This document shows, piece by piece, positions 50,547 through 63,607 of a stretch of 64,000 nt of DNA. The notes below the pieces were generated by a model. That model had not been told where the DNA came from. It saw only the letters and a list, made by a program, of their open reading frames with translations, and searched no databases. The position numbers were made by a program, and so were the translations under genes. Source of the stretch: Squalus acanthias (taxonomy: Eukaryota); contig CM059432.1 in NCBI GenBank assembly GCA_030390025.1, positions 118,174,001 through 118,238,000 of the forward strand. The letters are read 5' to 3'. The stretch's first letter is position 1, and every line of letters begins with the position of its first letter.

Positions 50547-53500
50547 ATGAGAAATGAGAAAGCAATAGAGCAGGCTAGAGATGGGGGAAATAATAACCAG
50601 AGTGTGACAGGAAGGGACAGAATGTTTAAAAATAAGAGTGTAACAGAAAAAAAGGCCAAAACAAGGAAAAATGGTAAAAAGACAAAGTTAAAAGCTCCAT
50701 ATCTGAATGCACACAGCATTCGTAACAAGATAAATGAGTTGATGGCACAAATAGATACAAATTGGTATGATCTGATTGCCATTACAGAGACGTGGTTGCA
50801 AGGCAACCAGGGCTGGGAACTGAATATTTCAGGGTACATGATAATTTGGAAGGATAGAAAGAAAGAAAAGGGAGGTGGGGTGGCTTTGTTGGTAAAAGAT
50901 GGGATCAGTGCAGTGGTGAGAAGTGATATTGGCTCAGAAGATCAAGATGTAGAATCGGTTTGGGTGGAGATAAAAAATAATAAGGGGAAAAAGTCTCTGG
51001 TGGGCGTAGTCTACAGGCCCCCGAACAGTAACAATGCTGTTGGACAGTGTATAAATCAACAAATAATGGAGGCCTGTAAAAAAGGTACGGTAATAATCAT
51101 GGGTGATTTTAATCTCCATATTGATTGGGCAAATCAAATTGGCCATGGTAGCCTGGAGGAGGAGTTCATAGAGTGCATCCGGGATGTTTTCCTAGAACAG
51201 TATGTAATGGAACCAACCAGGGAGCAAGCTATCTTGGATCTGGTACTATGTAATGAGACAGAATTAATAAATGATCTCATAGTAAAGGATCCTCTAGGAA
51301 AGAGTGATCATAGCATGGTTGAATTTCAAACTCAGTTGGAGGGTGAGAAAGTTGTATCCCAAACTGGTGTCCTGATCTTAAACAAAGGCAATTATAATGG
51401 CATGAGGGCAGAACTGGCTAAAGTGGACTGGAAAAACAAATTAAAGGGTAAGGAAGTTGAAATGCAGTGGCGGACATTTAAGGAGATATTTCATAACTCT
51501 CAACAAAAATATATTCTTGTGAGAAAGAAAGATTTTAAGAGAAGGGAGCACCATCCGTGACTAAATAAGGAAGTAAAGGATGGTATCAAATTGAAAACAA
51601 AGGCATACAATGTTGCCAAGATTGGTGGGAGACCAGAGGATTGGGAAATTTTTAAAAACTAGCAAAGGATGACTAAAAAAATAATAAAGAGAGAGAAGAT
51701 GAATTATGAGAGTCAGCTGGCAAGAAACATTAAAACAGATAGTAAGAGCTTCTACAGGTATATAAAAAGGAAGAAGATAGTTAAAGTAAACATTGGTCCC
51801 TTAGAGGATGAGACTGGGGAATTAATAATGGGGAACGGGGAAATGGCAGAGATTCTGAACAAATATTTTGCATCTGTCTTCACTGTAGAAGACACTAACA
51901 ACATCCCAATAATGGATAATCAAGGGGCCACAGGGAGTGGGGAACTAAAGACAATCATTATCACTAAGGAAATAGTACTCGGTAAAATAATGGGACTAAA
52001 AGACGACAAGTCCCCTGGACCAGATGGCTTACATCCCAGGGTCTTAAAAGAAGTGGCTGCAGAGATAGTGGATGCATTGGTTGCAATATACCAAAATTCC
52101 CTGCACTCTGGAGAGGTACCAGCGGATTGGAAAACCGCTAATGTAACACCCCTATTGAAGAAAGGAGGGAGACAGAAAGCAGGAAACTATCGACCAGTTA
52201 GCCTAACATCTGTTGTTGGGAAAATGCTGGAGTCCTTCATTAAGGAAGCAATAGCAGGGCATTTAGAAAAACATACTGCAGTCAAACAGAGTCAGCATGG
52301 TTTTGGGAAAGGGAAATCATGTTTAACAAATTTGCTGGAGTTATTTGAGGATGTAACAAGCAAGGGTGAGCCAGTGGATGTGGTGTATTTGGATTTCCAG
52401 AAGGCATTCGATAAAATGCCACATAAAAGGTTACTGCATAAGATAAGAACTCACGGAGTTGGGGGTAATATATTAGCATGGATAGAGAATTGGCTAACTA
52501 ACAGAAAGCAGAGAGTCAGGATAAATAGGTCATTTTCTGGTTGGCAAACGGTAATTAGTGGGGTGCCACAAGGATCGGTGCTGAGGCCCCAACTACTTAC
52601 AATCTACATTAATGACCTGGATGAAGGGATCGAGTGTACTGTAGCTAAGTTTGTGGATGATACAAAGATGGGTGGGAAAGCAAGTTGTGCAGAGGACTCA
52701 AAGAACCTGCAAAGGGATATAGACAGGCTAGGTGAGTGGGCAAACATTTGGCAGATGGAGTATAATGTGGGAAAGTGCGAGGTTATCCACTTTGGCAGGA
52801 AAAATAAAAAAGCAAACTATTATTTAAATGGAGAGAGATTACAAAATGCTACAGTTCAGAGGGACCTGGGGGTCCTTGTGCATGAAACGCAAAAAGTTAG
52901 CATGCAGGTACAGCAAGTAATCAAAAAGGCAAATGGAATGTTGGCCTTTATTTCAAGGGGGTTGGAGTATAAAAGCAGGGAAGTCCTGCTACAACTGTAC
53001 AAGATATTGGTGAGACCACACCTTGAGTACTGCATACAGTTTTGGTCTCCTTATTTAAGGAAGGATATACTTGCATATGACGCAGTTCAGAGACGATTCA
53101 CTAGGTTAATTCCAGAGATGAGGGGTTTAGCTTATGAGGAAAGGTTGAGCAGGCTGGGCCTATACTCATTGGAATTTAGAAGAATGAGAGGTGATCTTAT
53201 CTAAACATATAAGATACTGAGGGGGCTCGACAGGGTAGATGCAGAGAGGATGTTTCCCCTCATGGGGAAATCTCGAACTCGGGGGCACAGTTTCAGAATA
53301 AAGGGTCGCCCTTTTAGAACTGAGATGAGGAGGAACTTCTTCTCTCAGAGGTTGTAAATTTGTGGAATTCTCTGCCCCAGAGACCTGTGGAGGCTGGGTC
53401 ATTAAATACATTTAAAGTGGAGATAGACAGATTTTTGCAAGATAAGGGAGTGAAGAGTTATGGGGAGTGGGCTGGGAAGTGGCTTTGAGCCCTAGATCAG

Positions 53501-53582
53501 CCATGATCTTATTGAATGGCGGAGCAGGCTCAAGGGGCCAAGTGGCCTATTTCTGCTCCTATTTCTTATGTTCTTATGTTCT
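50547..53582 (+). mobile_element. Near-complete CR1 LINE (ORF2 APE+RT, 3' UTR, (ttcttatg)n tail)
   Basis: APE 50547-51560 (NAHSI, ITETW, YRPP, GDFN, SDH); RT 51669-53204 (SPGPDG, NYRPVSLTS, QHGF, VPQGSVL, FVDD); in-frame stops at ~51558, ~51660 and ~53202. Confidence 0.96.
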
Positions 53583-53699
53583 AATTTAAATATAATAGCC
53601 CAAGATCAGCACAGACCTTAAAGAGACACACATCTTTCAAGTAAGTTTGGATTTAAGCTTTTGGTTTGGGATTTTTTGAGTTTATTGAAGTAGTGGCTT

Positions 53700-55275
53700 G
53701 GTGCAATACATGTTAAAAGATTTTTAAGTGTGCAGGGAGTGCTGCTGGATGCTTTCAAGGCCTCGGATGGTAAAGGAAGGCCTCTGAGAAGAAGCTGAAG
53801 AGGAGGATGCAGAAGGAAGGATGCAACCCAGAAGCCCCTTTCTGGCCGGGATATCCAGGATGGAATCATCTGCATGCAGTACCAGTGACCACAACCCCAA
53901 TTCCCTTTTCAACATTTGTCCCACACCATACCTCCCTCTGTTATTGCATCCTTTTGGCCACAATTCTGAAATAAAAGCCACCACAAAGCAAACTTTCCAA
54001 TCCAACTTTATACATCTATCCTTCCAATATTACATCAAGAAATCAACTCATCACCCATATGCATTCTCTTCGTGACTGTCTTGTGTGTGCCTTTACCTAT
54101 CCTAATGCAGTGCTGCCCCAGTGGCTGCAGCATGGCTGGTGGAAGGCTGCTGACTTTCAGTGGGGGACACTGCAAATGGCCTTGCTGGTCGACCTTGAGG
54201 AGCTGGTGCCTGGCAGTGTGAAATCAAGTGACAGTGTTTCTTCTTCTTCTTCTTCTTCTTCTTCTTCTTCACCTTGGTCTTCTTCTGCACTCTCCTCTCC
54301 TCTTCTTGGTCTACCATTGGCTGGGCAGGCTGCATTTCTTGGGTGTGTGAAATGAGGAAGGCACAAGGGTGGAGTTGTAGTGAGTGGAGGGCGGGAAAGC
54401 TTGAGGTGCATGCCAGAAGGAGGATAACATATGAGGATATCAGCATCTTGTATCTTTTCAGCCCGCCGCTGGCCAAGAGCTCAGCCATGCCCCTGCCAAG
54501 AATGGCCTGCACCGTCTCCTCCACGGGGGTGAGGTGAAGCTAGGAATGAGAGAAGTGCCTCGTGTTTGGTGCAGATTGTTGGTAGGTGAGTGATTGGATG
54601 TTGTGCATTGAGCAGTGTGTGAGGCTAGTGGTGCAGTTGGTATAAGATGGCTTTTGAAGATGCATTCACTGACCTTGACCAGTGGTCTGAGGTCATGAAA
54701 CATCTTTGGGCACTGGAGCCTGGTGGTGGGGGTGAAACTGCTGGCAGTGATGGCCTCAGTGATGTGGTCCCACATTGTTCTTTCTGGAGGGCCTCCTGGC
54801 CCCTGTGGGTAAAGGACCTCTCTTGCAGTGTTGACCCCCTGCACAAAGCTGGAGTGCCGCGTGCGAGACCCTGGGTTCCCCTTTGGGACTCCTTTTTAAT
54901 ACTAAGTTTTTTTTGAAAGACAATAAGATCTGAAAACTGCATATTTTCACTGCATTTTAATTTGTATTAGTTTTGAACGCCTTGCCCCTTTAATTCATAG
55001 CCCTTTTAATTGCCCACAATGCCTTGCGAGCTCCACAGCCTTGCTCACAGAGGTTGTGCGAAGCTTGAACGCCGCAGCTGCACACGAACTTTGCCTCGGC
55101 GGTCTCCACTAACGCCACCAGGAGGGCGTTGCACGGAAGGTTAGCGCGGTGCCACCCATCTCCAGCACTCCCCAGATGAATTTATTCTCCTTAGCGGCAG
55201 CCATTTTCAGCGGCCATTAACTCCCGTTGCCAGTGACACCGGCAACTTTGGTGGCGAGCATGAATTTCTCGGCCT
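53700..55275 (-). mobile_element. Degraded Harbinger remnant (Myb gene on -)
   Basis: REVLYPQG..MWDHI...LQCPKMFHDL then GTCAGT; acidic EEEE..SLDF block; TIR-like gaatttctcggcc at ~55262-55274. Confidence 0.7.
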
Positions 55276-58162
55276 ATGTAAATGCAGTGTTATTATTTAA
55301 GCTATAATTAAATGTAAATTTGTGTTATATTACTACATTATTTTATAGATTATTAAGATTAGCAAACAATATTACTTCAAGAAGCTCCATATATTAACAG
55401 GCCTGTGGTCCATACAGTTATTGACAGGGACAGCATATCTACCTGTGCCTGCCACCAGTCTCGCAGCTTTTCCAGATCAACTGATACCAGCTAGAGAAAG
55501 CAATGGAAAAACGATCAGGCTCACAACAACATGAGCAGCATCAATTCTATTGCAATGATAACACAGGAGTGATTTTCACCACAGGTTGGGGACATTGGGA
55601 GCTGTGAGGTTCCCATCTTCATTTACACTTGCGACAAGCATAGAGAATTGGAAACGTGTACAGCTGATTTCATACCGGCTCTGCAATTTGGAGGATTTTT
55701 GAAAAACAGCCTGAAGGAGGGGCTGCTCCCAGAGATTTAATAATGCTATAGTACAGGCTTTAGTTCTGTAATGCAGTTTGAAAAGTAATTAATTTTAAGA
55801 AGTGAGAATACATCATAAATTTTGGAACATCAAAATCCAAATTATATTTTTGCAGTTGAAAAAAATGCATGAATGCAAATTGTCAGCATACAACTTCACG
55901 GATAGTTTCACCATCAGCAGGGTCCCAAACTTGGTTTGTGGAAGAATGTTTGCTCAGTTTTGGACCCTGCATTGGAAATCTCCATATGGAGAATAAGGAG
56001 AGCAGCAGCCTAGTTGTAGCTTTCCAATAGAAACCAGGATCAGCAGAGGAGAGAAGAATGTGAATTCAACTCAAAACGTCATACATGTTAAGGGCAATTA
56101 TTCAATCTCAGTGGGGATGGAAACAGGGCGGTAGCGGATTGGCCGCCCGGGAGAAACCTGGCCAATTTTCATTTTCATTGAAGTCATTGGAAAGGCAAAT
56201 CGTGCGGTGTGCAAAACGGGCAGCCAATCGGCAACCGCCATTTTTCCACCCCCGCCCAACATGGACATCACCCCCATTAACACTACAAACCACTTCATCC
56301 TTCACTTTCGAATTGCTTACAATACAATACCCCAACAGATTACCTTAAAAAGGATTAACGATGCAGGATAACTCCATCGTTTGTGACAAAAAAGCTAATG
56401 TAGCAGCTGAAGAAAGAAACTGAAAAATTTCCTTCTCAACACTGTGGGATCTGTTGGAGGCATTAAGTAGTGTTCAGGGCCCATGTGCTATCTGTATGCA
56501 ATCCTGCTGTGTCCTACTGGTTAATCTTGGGTGCCCTTGGAACGGGGCAAAATATGGTGATTGCAAGGTGCTTGAGGATGAAACCAATAGGACAAGCTTT
56601 AAACATCTGGGCAGATTTGAAATCATCTCCCTTTATAAGAAAGCCAAAAATGAATTCCAGGGCTTGACCCCAGCTTGGAACACCCCTGTGGGCCCCACTT
56701 TCACCGTTACACTCTGTTGGATACCTGTACCTTACCGGTGTGCATTACATTCAGGGCAGAGAGGGCGATAGCTGTGGAAATTCCAATGGGTGATACCATC
56801 CTGCCAGTCCTGTCTCCTATTGTAATGTCAGGCTGTAGGGGTTGGGAAGTGCTATAGGAAACTACTGACAAACATGCAACAAAACTGTGGATGCTGGAAA
56901 TCTGAAACAAAAACAAGTTAACCTTTAGATTGGAAGGGAGTGTCTGTAGTTGAGATGAAACTACCGCCTGCCTCTGTCCCTGCCCATGCCCCCAACCCCT
57001 GGAGGAAATGCCCATTCGGGGCGGAGACCCGGCATGACTAGGATCCATGCCATTCCTCACCACTGCCTGTACTCGGCCTCTTGGATTGCTTCCCAGGAAG
57101 TTCAGAGCCAATTGTTTTCAATATTAACGTACAAACATACACATTTGAATGATAGTCCATTATGTATTATTTTTAATAGATGTATTCCTCTGTTAAAATA
57201 GCAGTTAACTTAAGGAGTCATAGAGTAATATGACAAACAGTAATTTCTAGGCAATAATTAGCTGCTTACTTTACAAAAATAAATGGAGAATGCCTTAGTC
57301 TCTAAGTTGAGAGCTGGAGTCAGCTGAAGATCACATCAATAAGCCATTCTGCAAAGATTGATTGCTATAAAATATATTGTAAACTCGCTTCATAATACAC
57401 ATAGTTCAAACTCCTTTGTACCTCAGTAAAGTGTTACAGCCAAGAAGACAAAGCTAATGGTTTTCTACCTACAAAAGTTGGAGAGCTTAGGGTCAACATC
57501 AGCAATATTGTCCATATAAAACTCAGGGATGTTTTCACAAAGCTGAGGAAGGTCACTTATGCCATTTTAGTTTAGCTATCCAAAAGGAGTCTACAATGGC
57601 CATACCTCATCCTTAAATGATTCCAAGGCTTTTGCTTCAACTGGCCTACCCAGGAATCGATTCCACATGTTGATCGTTCTTTGTGTGAAGAACTTTGTGA
57701 CGTCAATCCTTTGTTAGTTTGAATCTTGCTCTAATGTCCTGGTTCAATTGGAAGTAAGGTTCTGGTTTTGTTCTTTCAATATCTTTCGCTATTGCAGTCA
57801 CTTCTATCAGTCACCTCCCTTCGAGAATGGAAAGCCCAAGTTTCTCCAGTCTCTCCTCATAACTCAGTTCTTTGATGCTCAGGATTAATTTCTTAGATCC
57901 AGGCTTTGATTGTTACTCTGTGCATCAGTGAGCAGAAATAGACACAATACTCGGTGTGGGGTTTGACTAGAGCACTGTACAGTTTGAGAATAACTTCCTC
58001 TGATGTGTGCGTCACTGCCTTGGCTGTATAGTTATGTATTCTATTTGCTTTATTGATTAGTGCTTCACACTGGTTGGACATATTGAGCATAAAATCGATT
58101 AAGGCCACTAGATTTCTTTCAATTTTGTACTTGGCTATTTTAACATCATTCATGGAGTACTC

Positions 58163-59000
58163 GGCCCTCGATATTTACGGGGAGGCGGGTCGGGACCTGG
58201 GGTTCGGGGTCATAGCAGCCGGGAAACCCAAAAATGCGGGTAACCCGGAGATCCTGTCAAATTTAATGGCAGGACCTCAGTTGATTCTTTTTTCTCTGTT
58301 TCCGAGCCAGCAGCAAGCCAGATTGAGAGGCTAGCTGGTTGTCGGGCAGGAAGACCTGCGCTGGAAGGCCACAGCTGGGAAATGGAGAGGAGGGTGGGTT
58401 GGGTGGGAGATTGTGGGGGGCGGGGGTTGAAGTGATTGCGGCCAGGGTGGGGGGAGATCACGGGGGGGTTGGGGTTTGGAGAGATTGTGGGTCGGGGGAG
58501 ATTGTGGGTCGGGGGAAATCGTGGGAGGGGTTGAAAAGATTGAGGGTCAGGAAGATTGTAGGTCGGTGAGATCGTGGGTTGCGGGGGCTTCAGATCGTGG
58601 GCTGGGGGAGCTGCGGAAAGTGGGGCTGTTCATGGGGAGGGAAGCAGGTTTGCTTGATGGGCCGGGGGGAAGCACTCCTGCTCCTCCTGGCCCACAAGCA
58701 GTGCTGGAAATCACCTACCTGTTGGATCCGACCATTCTCACCTCCCTTCAGCTGTCAGGTTTCCCGAGTCTTGAAAGTCTGTTAAAATTTGAGGACTGCA
58801 GCATGATTAACATATTTAAATATATGACCTGCCGCTCGATAGCAGGTTAGTCGTCCGCCCCCCAGCCCACCTCTGTTAAAAGCGGAAATAGGCGTGTTCG
58901 AGGCAAGTTGTGGTTGGTTTTCAGATTTTTGAAATTTTAACATAACCCCCCCACCAGCCCTGATTGTCTGCCGCCCACCGTGGGGGTTAAAATTTGCCCC
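58163..59000. mobile_element. Harbinger-type MITE with G-rich internal repeats
   Basis: Ends ggccctcgatatttac / gttaaaatttgcccc; interrupts the CR1; homologous to 47512-48370. Confidence 0.7.
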
Positions 59001-59093
59001 GTTTACCTATGTCATCCATTTTTCTTCTTATGTGGAGTACTTTATACTTGTCCATAATGTGTTTAAGTCATTGTTTTGTTCACTTATATATTG

Positions 59094-59249
59094 CGGGTCA
59101 TTTTCACTTTCACCGCCTGTGTGGTAATCTGCAGGAGCAGATCAGCCACTCGTTGCAGAACCAGCCCGATTTTCACTCCCTTGAATTCAACGAGTGGGTG
59201 ATCCGCTCCACTAGATTACTGTCCAGGCAGTGAAGGCGAAAATTACCCC
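59094..59249. mobile_element. Palindromic MITE (~155 bp)
   Basis: gggtcattttc..ttcaccgcctg..gtaatct..ggagcagatca..ccactcgttg mirrored by caacgagtgg..tgatccgctcc..agattac..caggcagtgaa..gaaaattaccc. Confidence 0.8.
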
Positions 59250-59422
59250 AATTGGTCTAACTCATTCTATAGCTCCCGAGCTGCCTTCACAGATTCAACT
59301 GCCCCATCTAACTTGATATTCTTTGCAAATTTGACCAGTTTGCACTGAGCTACCCAATACAAATTAGAGACAGCAGGAGTCCTATCATCAACACTTCACT
59401 CAGCATTTTCCTTAAACGTTGA

Positions 59423-60043
59423 GGAGGAAAAATTGGGTTGCTTTGCACCTCCCGTTAGTGCCCCCGGGGGCACTGCGCCACCGGCGATGACATCATCGCC
59501 TGCGTAGCGCCCCGCTTGCGTCCCGGCCGCAAACTTCCCTCCCCCCCTTTGACGATATGTCCGACCGGTTCAGGGGGCGTCTTGGCAGCAGCGGCGGCGC
59601 AAATTAAAGGGCAGGTGCCGGGCGGCCATTTTTCTTTTGGCTGACTGCCAGCACCTGCTCCTTCTTACCTCTGTATGCGGGGTGCCGGCCGCGACCGCTC
59701 AACTCCTCTTGAGTGCTGGGCTGTTTTCCCAACACCCCGCTCCCCGGTGGTCCAGCAGGGCCCCAGTGCGCGTAACGTTAGACCCCTCCCCTATAATCGG
59801 GGGAGGAGGCCTGAAATGACACGCCGCTAGGTGCCGCCACGCGTGGCGCTGTTGCACGTAGCGCCCCGAAATTCACTGGTAGCGCCCCAAGAAGAAGGGG
59901 GAGCGCTTTCCAGTAGCACCCCGCCTCCTGCTTGGGGTGCTACTACTGAATTTACGGCGCTTGACGTTAACATTTTTGGGGCACTAAAATTAGCACCCCG
60001 GCGACGTTAGCGCCCCAAAATGGCGCCACCCAATTTTTCCCCC
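59423..60043. mobile_element. Harbinger MITE (GGGGGAAAAATT family)
   Basis: ggaggaaaaattggg / cccaatttttccccc; many tagcgcccc motifs. Confidence 0.85.
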
Positions 60044-60286
60044 AGACAGTTTTATTTGCAATGTTTTTATGGTACCTCATGTAGTCAAAGATAGAAGGAC
60101 TGTTAACTTGATGACCACAAGCAGACCAATAATGTGGTTTCTGAATTACAATAGCACTAGATTATGTTCAATTTAACAGAGTAGACTCAGTTCAAATTAC
60201 AGACTCACTATTTTACCTGAGCTCAACTATGATACATCAATAACATTCAGGATCTCAAGTGCAAACCTAGCAGAGCTAGCCCTTTT

Positions 60287-61975
60287 CATAGGAACCTAGG
60301 AACAGGAGTAGGCCATTTAGCCCCTCGAGCATGTTCCGCCCTTCAATGAGATCATGGCTGATCTGCGACCTAACTCCATATACCCGCTTTTGCCAAATAT
60401 CCCTTAATACCTTTGGTTAACAAAAATCTATCAATCTCAGATTTAAAATTAACAATTGATCTAACATCAACTGCTGTTTGCGGAATGAGTTCCAAATTTC
60501 TACTACCCTGAAAGGTCTCGCTCTAATTTTTAGACTATATCCCCTAGTCCTAGAATCGCCAACGAGCGGAAACAGTTTCTCTCTATCTACCCTATCTGTT
60601 CCCTTAATATCTTGAAAACTTCGATCAAATCACCCCATAACCTTCTAAATTCCAGGGAAGACAACCCTAATTTGTGTAATCTCTCTTCGTAATTTAACCC
60701 TTGAAGTCCAGGGATCATTCTGGTAAATCTGCGCTGCACTCCCTCCAAGACCACCATATCCTTCCTAAGGTGTGGTGCCCAGAACTGCTCACAGTATAGA
60801 ATCATAGAATCATAGAAAGTTACAGCACGGAAGGAGGCCATTTCAGCCCATCGTGTCTGCGCCGACCAGCAAAGAGCTATCCAGCCTAATCCCACTTCCC
60901 AGCTCTTGGTCCGTAGTCCTGCAGGTTAGAGCATCCCAAGTGCACATCCAAGTACTTTTTAAATGTGGTACTCCAGGTGTGGTCTAACCAGGGGCTTTGT
61001 ACAGCTGTAGCATAACTTCTACCCCCTTGTATTCTAGTCCTCCAGATATAAAGGCCAGCTTTCCATTAGCCTTTTTGATTATTTTCTGTACCTGTCCATG
61101 ATATTTTAATGATCTGTGTACATGGACCCCCCAAGTCTCTTTGGACTTCTACTGTTTCTAGCTTTTCATCATTTAGAAAGTATTCTGTTTTATCTTTTTT
61201 AGGTCCAAAGTGGATGACCTCACATTTGCCTACATTGAAATCCATTTGCCACTGTTTTGCCCATTCATGTAATCTATTAATATCGCTTTGTACTTTTATG
61301 CTTCCATCTACATTGCTTACAATGCCACCTATCTTTGTGGCATTGGCAAACTTGGATACGTGGGTTTCTATCCCATCATCTAAGTCGTTAATAAGTATGG
61401 TGAATAGTTGAGGCCCCAACAAAGTTCTGCTGGTTGGGGAGTCTAGTACTAGGGGGCATAGTCTAGAAATTAGAGCCAAGCCTTTCAGGAGTGAAGTTAG
61501 GAAAGACTTCTACACGCAAAGGGTGGTAGAAATTTGGAACTCTCTTCTGCAAATGGCAGTTGATGCTAGATCAATTGTTAAGACATCACTAGTCACATCC
61601 TGCCAATTTGAGCACCTGCCCATTATCCCTACTCTCTGTCTCCTGCCGCTCAGCCAATTTCCAAACCAGTTCAATAACTTGCCTTTAATTCCATGAGCTT
61701 CAACTTTAGGTAACAGTCTCTTATGTGGGACTTTATCAAATGCCTTCTGGAAGTCCATATAAATAACATCCATAGACATTCCCCTGTCCACCACTTTAGT
61801 CACCTCTTCAAAAAATTCAATCAGGTTTGTCAGGCATGATCTACCTTTCACAAATCCATGCTGGCTCTCTCTGATCAACTGAAAATTTTCAAGGTGTCCA
61901 GTCACCCTATCCTTAATTATGGACTCTAGTAATTTCCCGACAACAGATGTTAGGCTAACTGGTCTATAATTCCCA
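60287..61975 (-). mobile_element. CR1 RT + 3' end, with a nested CR1 tail (60797-60970) and an oppositely oriented CR1 piece (~61432-61581)
   Basis: QHGFVKGRSCLTNL, DFQKAFDKVPH, WQMDFNVGKC, EERLHKLGL; (taggaacc/a)n tail. Confidence 0.92.
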
Positions 61976-62939
61976 TTTTATATTGCGAAGTAGGCATCAC
62001 ACCCTGTTTATGTCTAGCCGCCAGAGGTGGGGCAGGACAAAACTTTCACTGCCAGTCCGGCATCGTCATGACCTCATCACTTATCCCGGGGACTGGATCA
62101 TTTAAATATTAGAGGAGGGCACCTGTGGCAGTACCGGAACGACTGGTGCATCCACGTGCTGACCTGGTGGGATTTTGGAGCAGTGACTTGCCACTCCACT
62201 ATGCAGGGGAAACAGGCCAGACTGGTTAAAGACTTTAATGGCACACATCTTCTTGGCAGCTGCTCCCTTGCTGGTAGGCCCCATATTCAAATGGAAATCG
62301 CTCTCTCTAAGATATATTGCTGTTTGGACAGGGAATTGCGGGGCCCTTATGCAGGGGCACTTATTGCTGGTTGTATGGAAAGTGTAACGGGTGGGACATC
62401 TGGGGAAGCCCGAGATCCCATCAAACATGGCCCCAAAATGTGATGTTGGAATGGAGAAAGTGGGCAGGTGGAATAAGTGCCTTCTTGCCACTCCGTCAGA
62501 AGCACTGGATGGTGTCCTGCTATAGAAAGGAGTCTAGCTGTACAACAGTCTTAATTACAAGCATGGTGTTTCCATCATTCTCTACCTTACACTCTTACAC
62601 TAGGAACTGCACCTTGACATGGTGGGAAGACTCTGGACAGACAGCAGTGGAAGAATGTGGTTGCCTTGCGTGCCAGCAAGTAATCTGTAATCTTCTGTCC
62701 TAGTTTATCAGTAGCCTTCTTCTTCAAGCTAACATCATGCATATACTTAAGACTGTTACACAGCTCGACTCATTTCTGTAGCAGAGCACCATCCAGTTCT
62801 CCTGTTTACAGATGTCTTTCTCCTTCAAACTCCTTTGAGCTCTGCTGTTAAACTCGAAACAGAAACCTCCTCTTTTTAGCTGCTGATGTTTAAAACATGA
62901 TGCCAGGCAATCTGACCTATCAATCACATTCCACCATGG

Positions 62940-63180
62940 CTGAAACAAAAACAGAACTTTCTGGAGACACTCAGCAGGTCAGGTAACAGCTGTCGAGAGA
63001 ACAAATGTCAACGTTCCTGGTACGAGAACCTTCCTCAGAACTGCATCTTACAGGTAGACGGCTTCCAGTGCTGAGAAACATTGACTTGTGCTCTTTCGAC
63101 AGATTCTGCCTGACCTGCTGAGAGTCTCCAGCAATTTCTGGTTTTGTTTCAGATTTCCAGCAACAGCAGTATTTTGCTGA
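62940..63180. mobile_element. Penelope pLTR inverted remnant
   Basis: ctggagacactcagcaggtcagg / cctgacctgctgagagtctccag; degenerate hammerhead on - strand at ~63005-63042. Confidence 0.75.
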
Positions 63181-63607
63181 TCGGCCACTAAGGTTGAAGT
63201 TTTGTCTAAAACTATATAAATACATGTCCAAATAACGTCAGCATGTAGCATTGAAAATAAGTGCTTAGTATGTGGTGGTCAACAAGTTTGGTTCCAAAAT
63301 TTCTCCAATGAATGACCAACCAAATATAAAAGGCAGGGCTCTTTATCTGATTATACCTTTGCTTATCATGTTTTATGGGTCAACAGTTAGTCCTCTATGA
63401 TCTTGTAGATGCATTAACCCACTAGTGCTGGGTTGGCTGCCAGCTTTTCCTACACCTCTGTCAAGTTCTGGTGGGTCTCAGGAATGGTTTTCTCTGAGTT
63501 TCAAGCTTTCCTTTTTACAATGCTAACTGAGAATATCAACAAGAACAGAAATCAAGTACAGGTATCAGAATATGAACGTCACAAGAGTACTTTGGGAAAT
63601 TCTACAA

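Larger units (their letters stand above)
57590..59400 (-). mobile_element. Ancient CR1 fragment split by two MITEs
   Basis: KANRI...EVILKLYSALVKPHTEYCV (57893-58153); remnants continue at ~59000-59090 and ~59250-59400 (KFA..IKLDG). Confidence 0.7.

Noticed and set aside
60797..60970. Segmental duplication of 33012-33185
   Set aside because: Similarity is confined to a CR1 3' end; these are independent insertions of the same subfamily.
62100..62450. ORFs 62102-62703
   Set aside because: No domain; the minus strand shows only faint remnants of a LINE RT.
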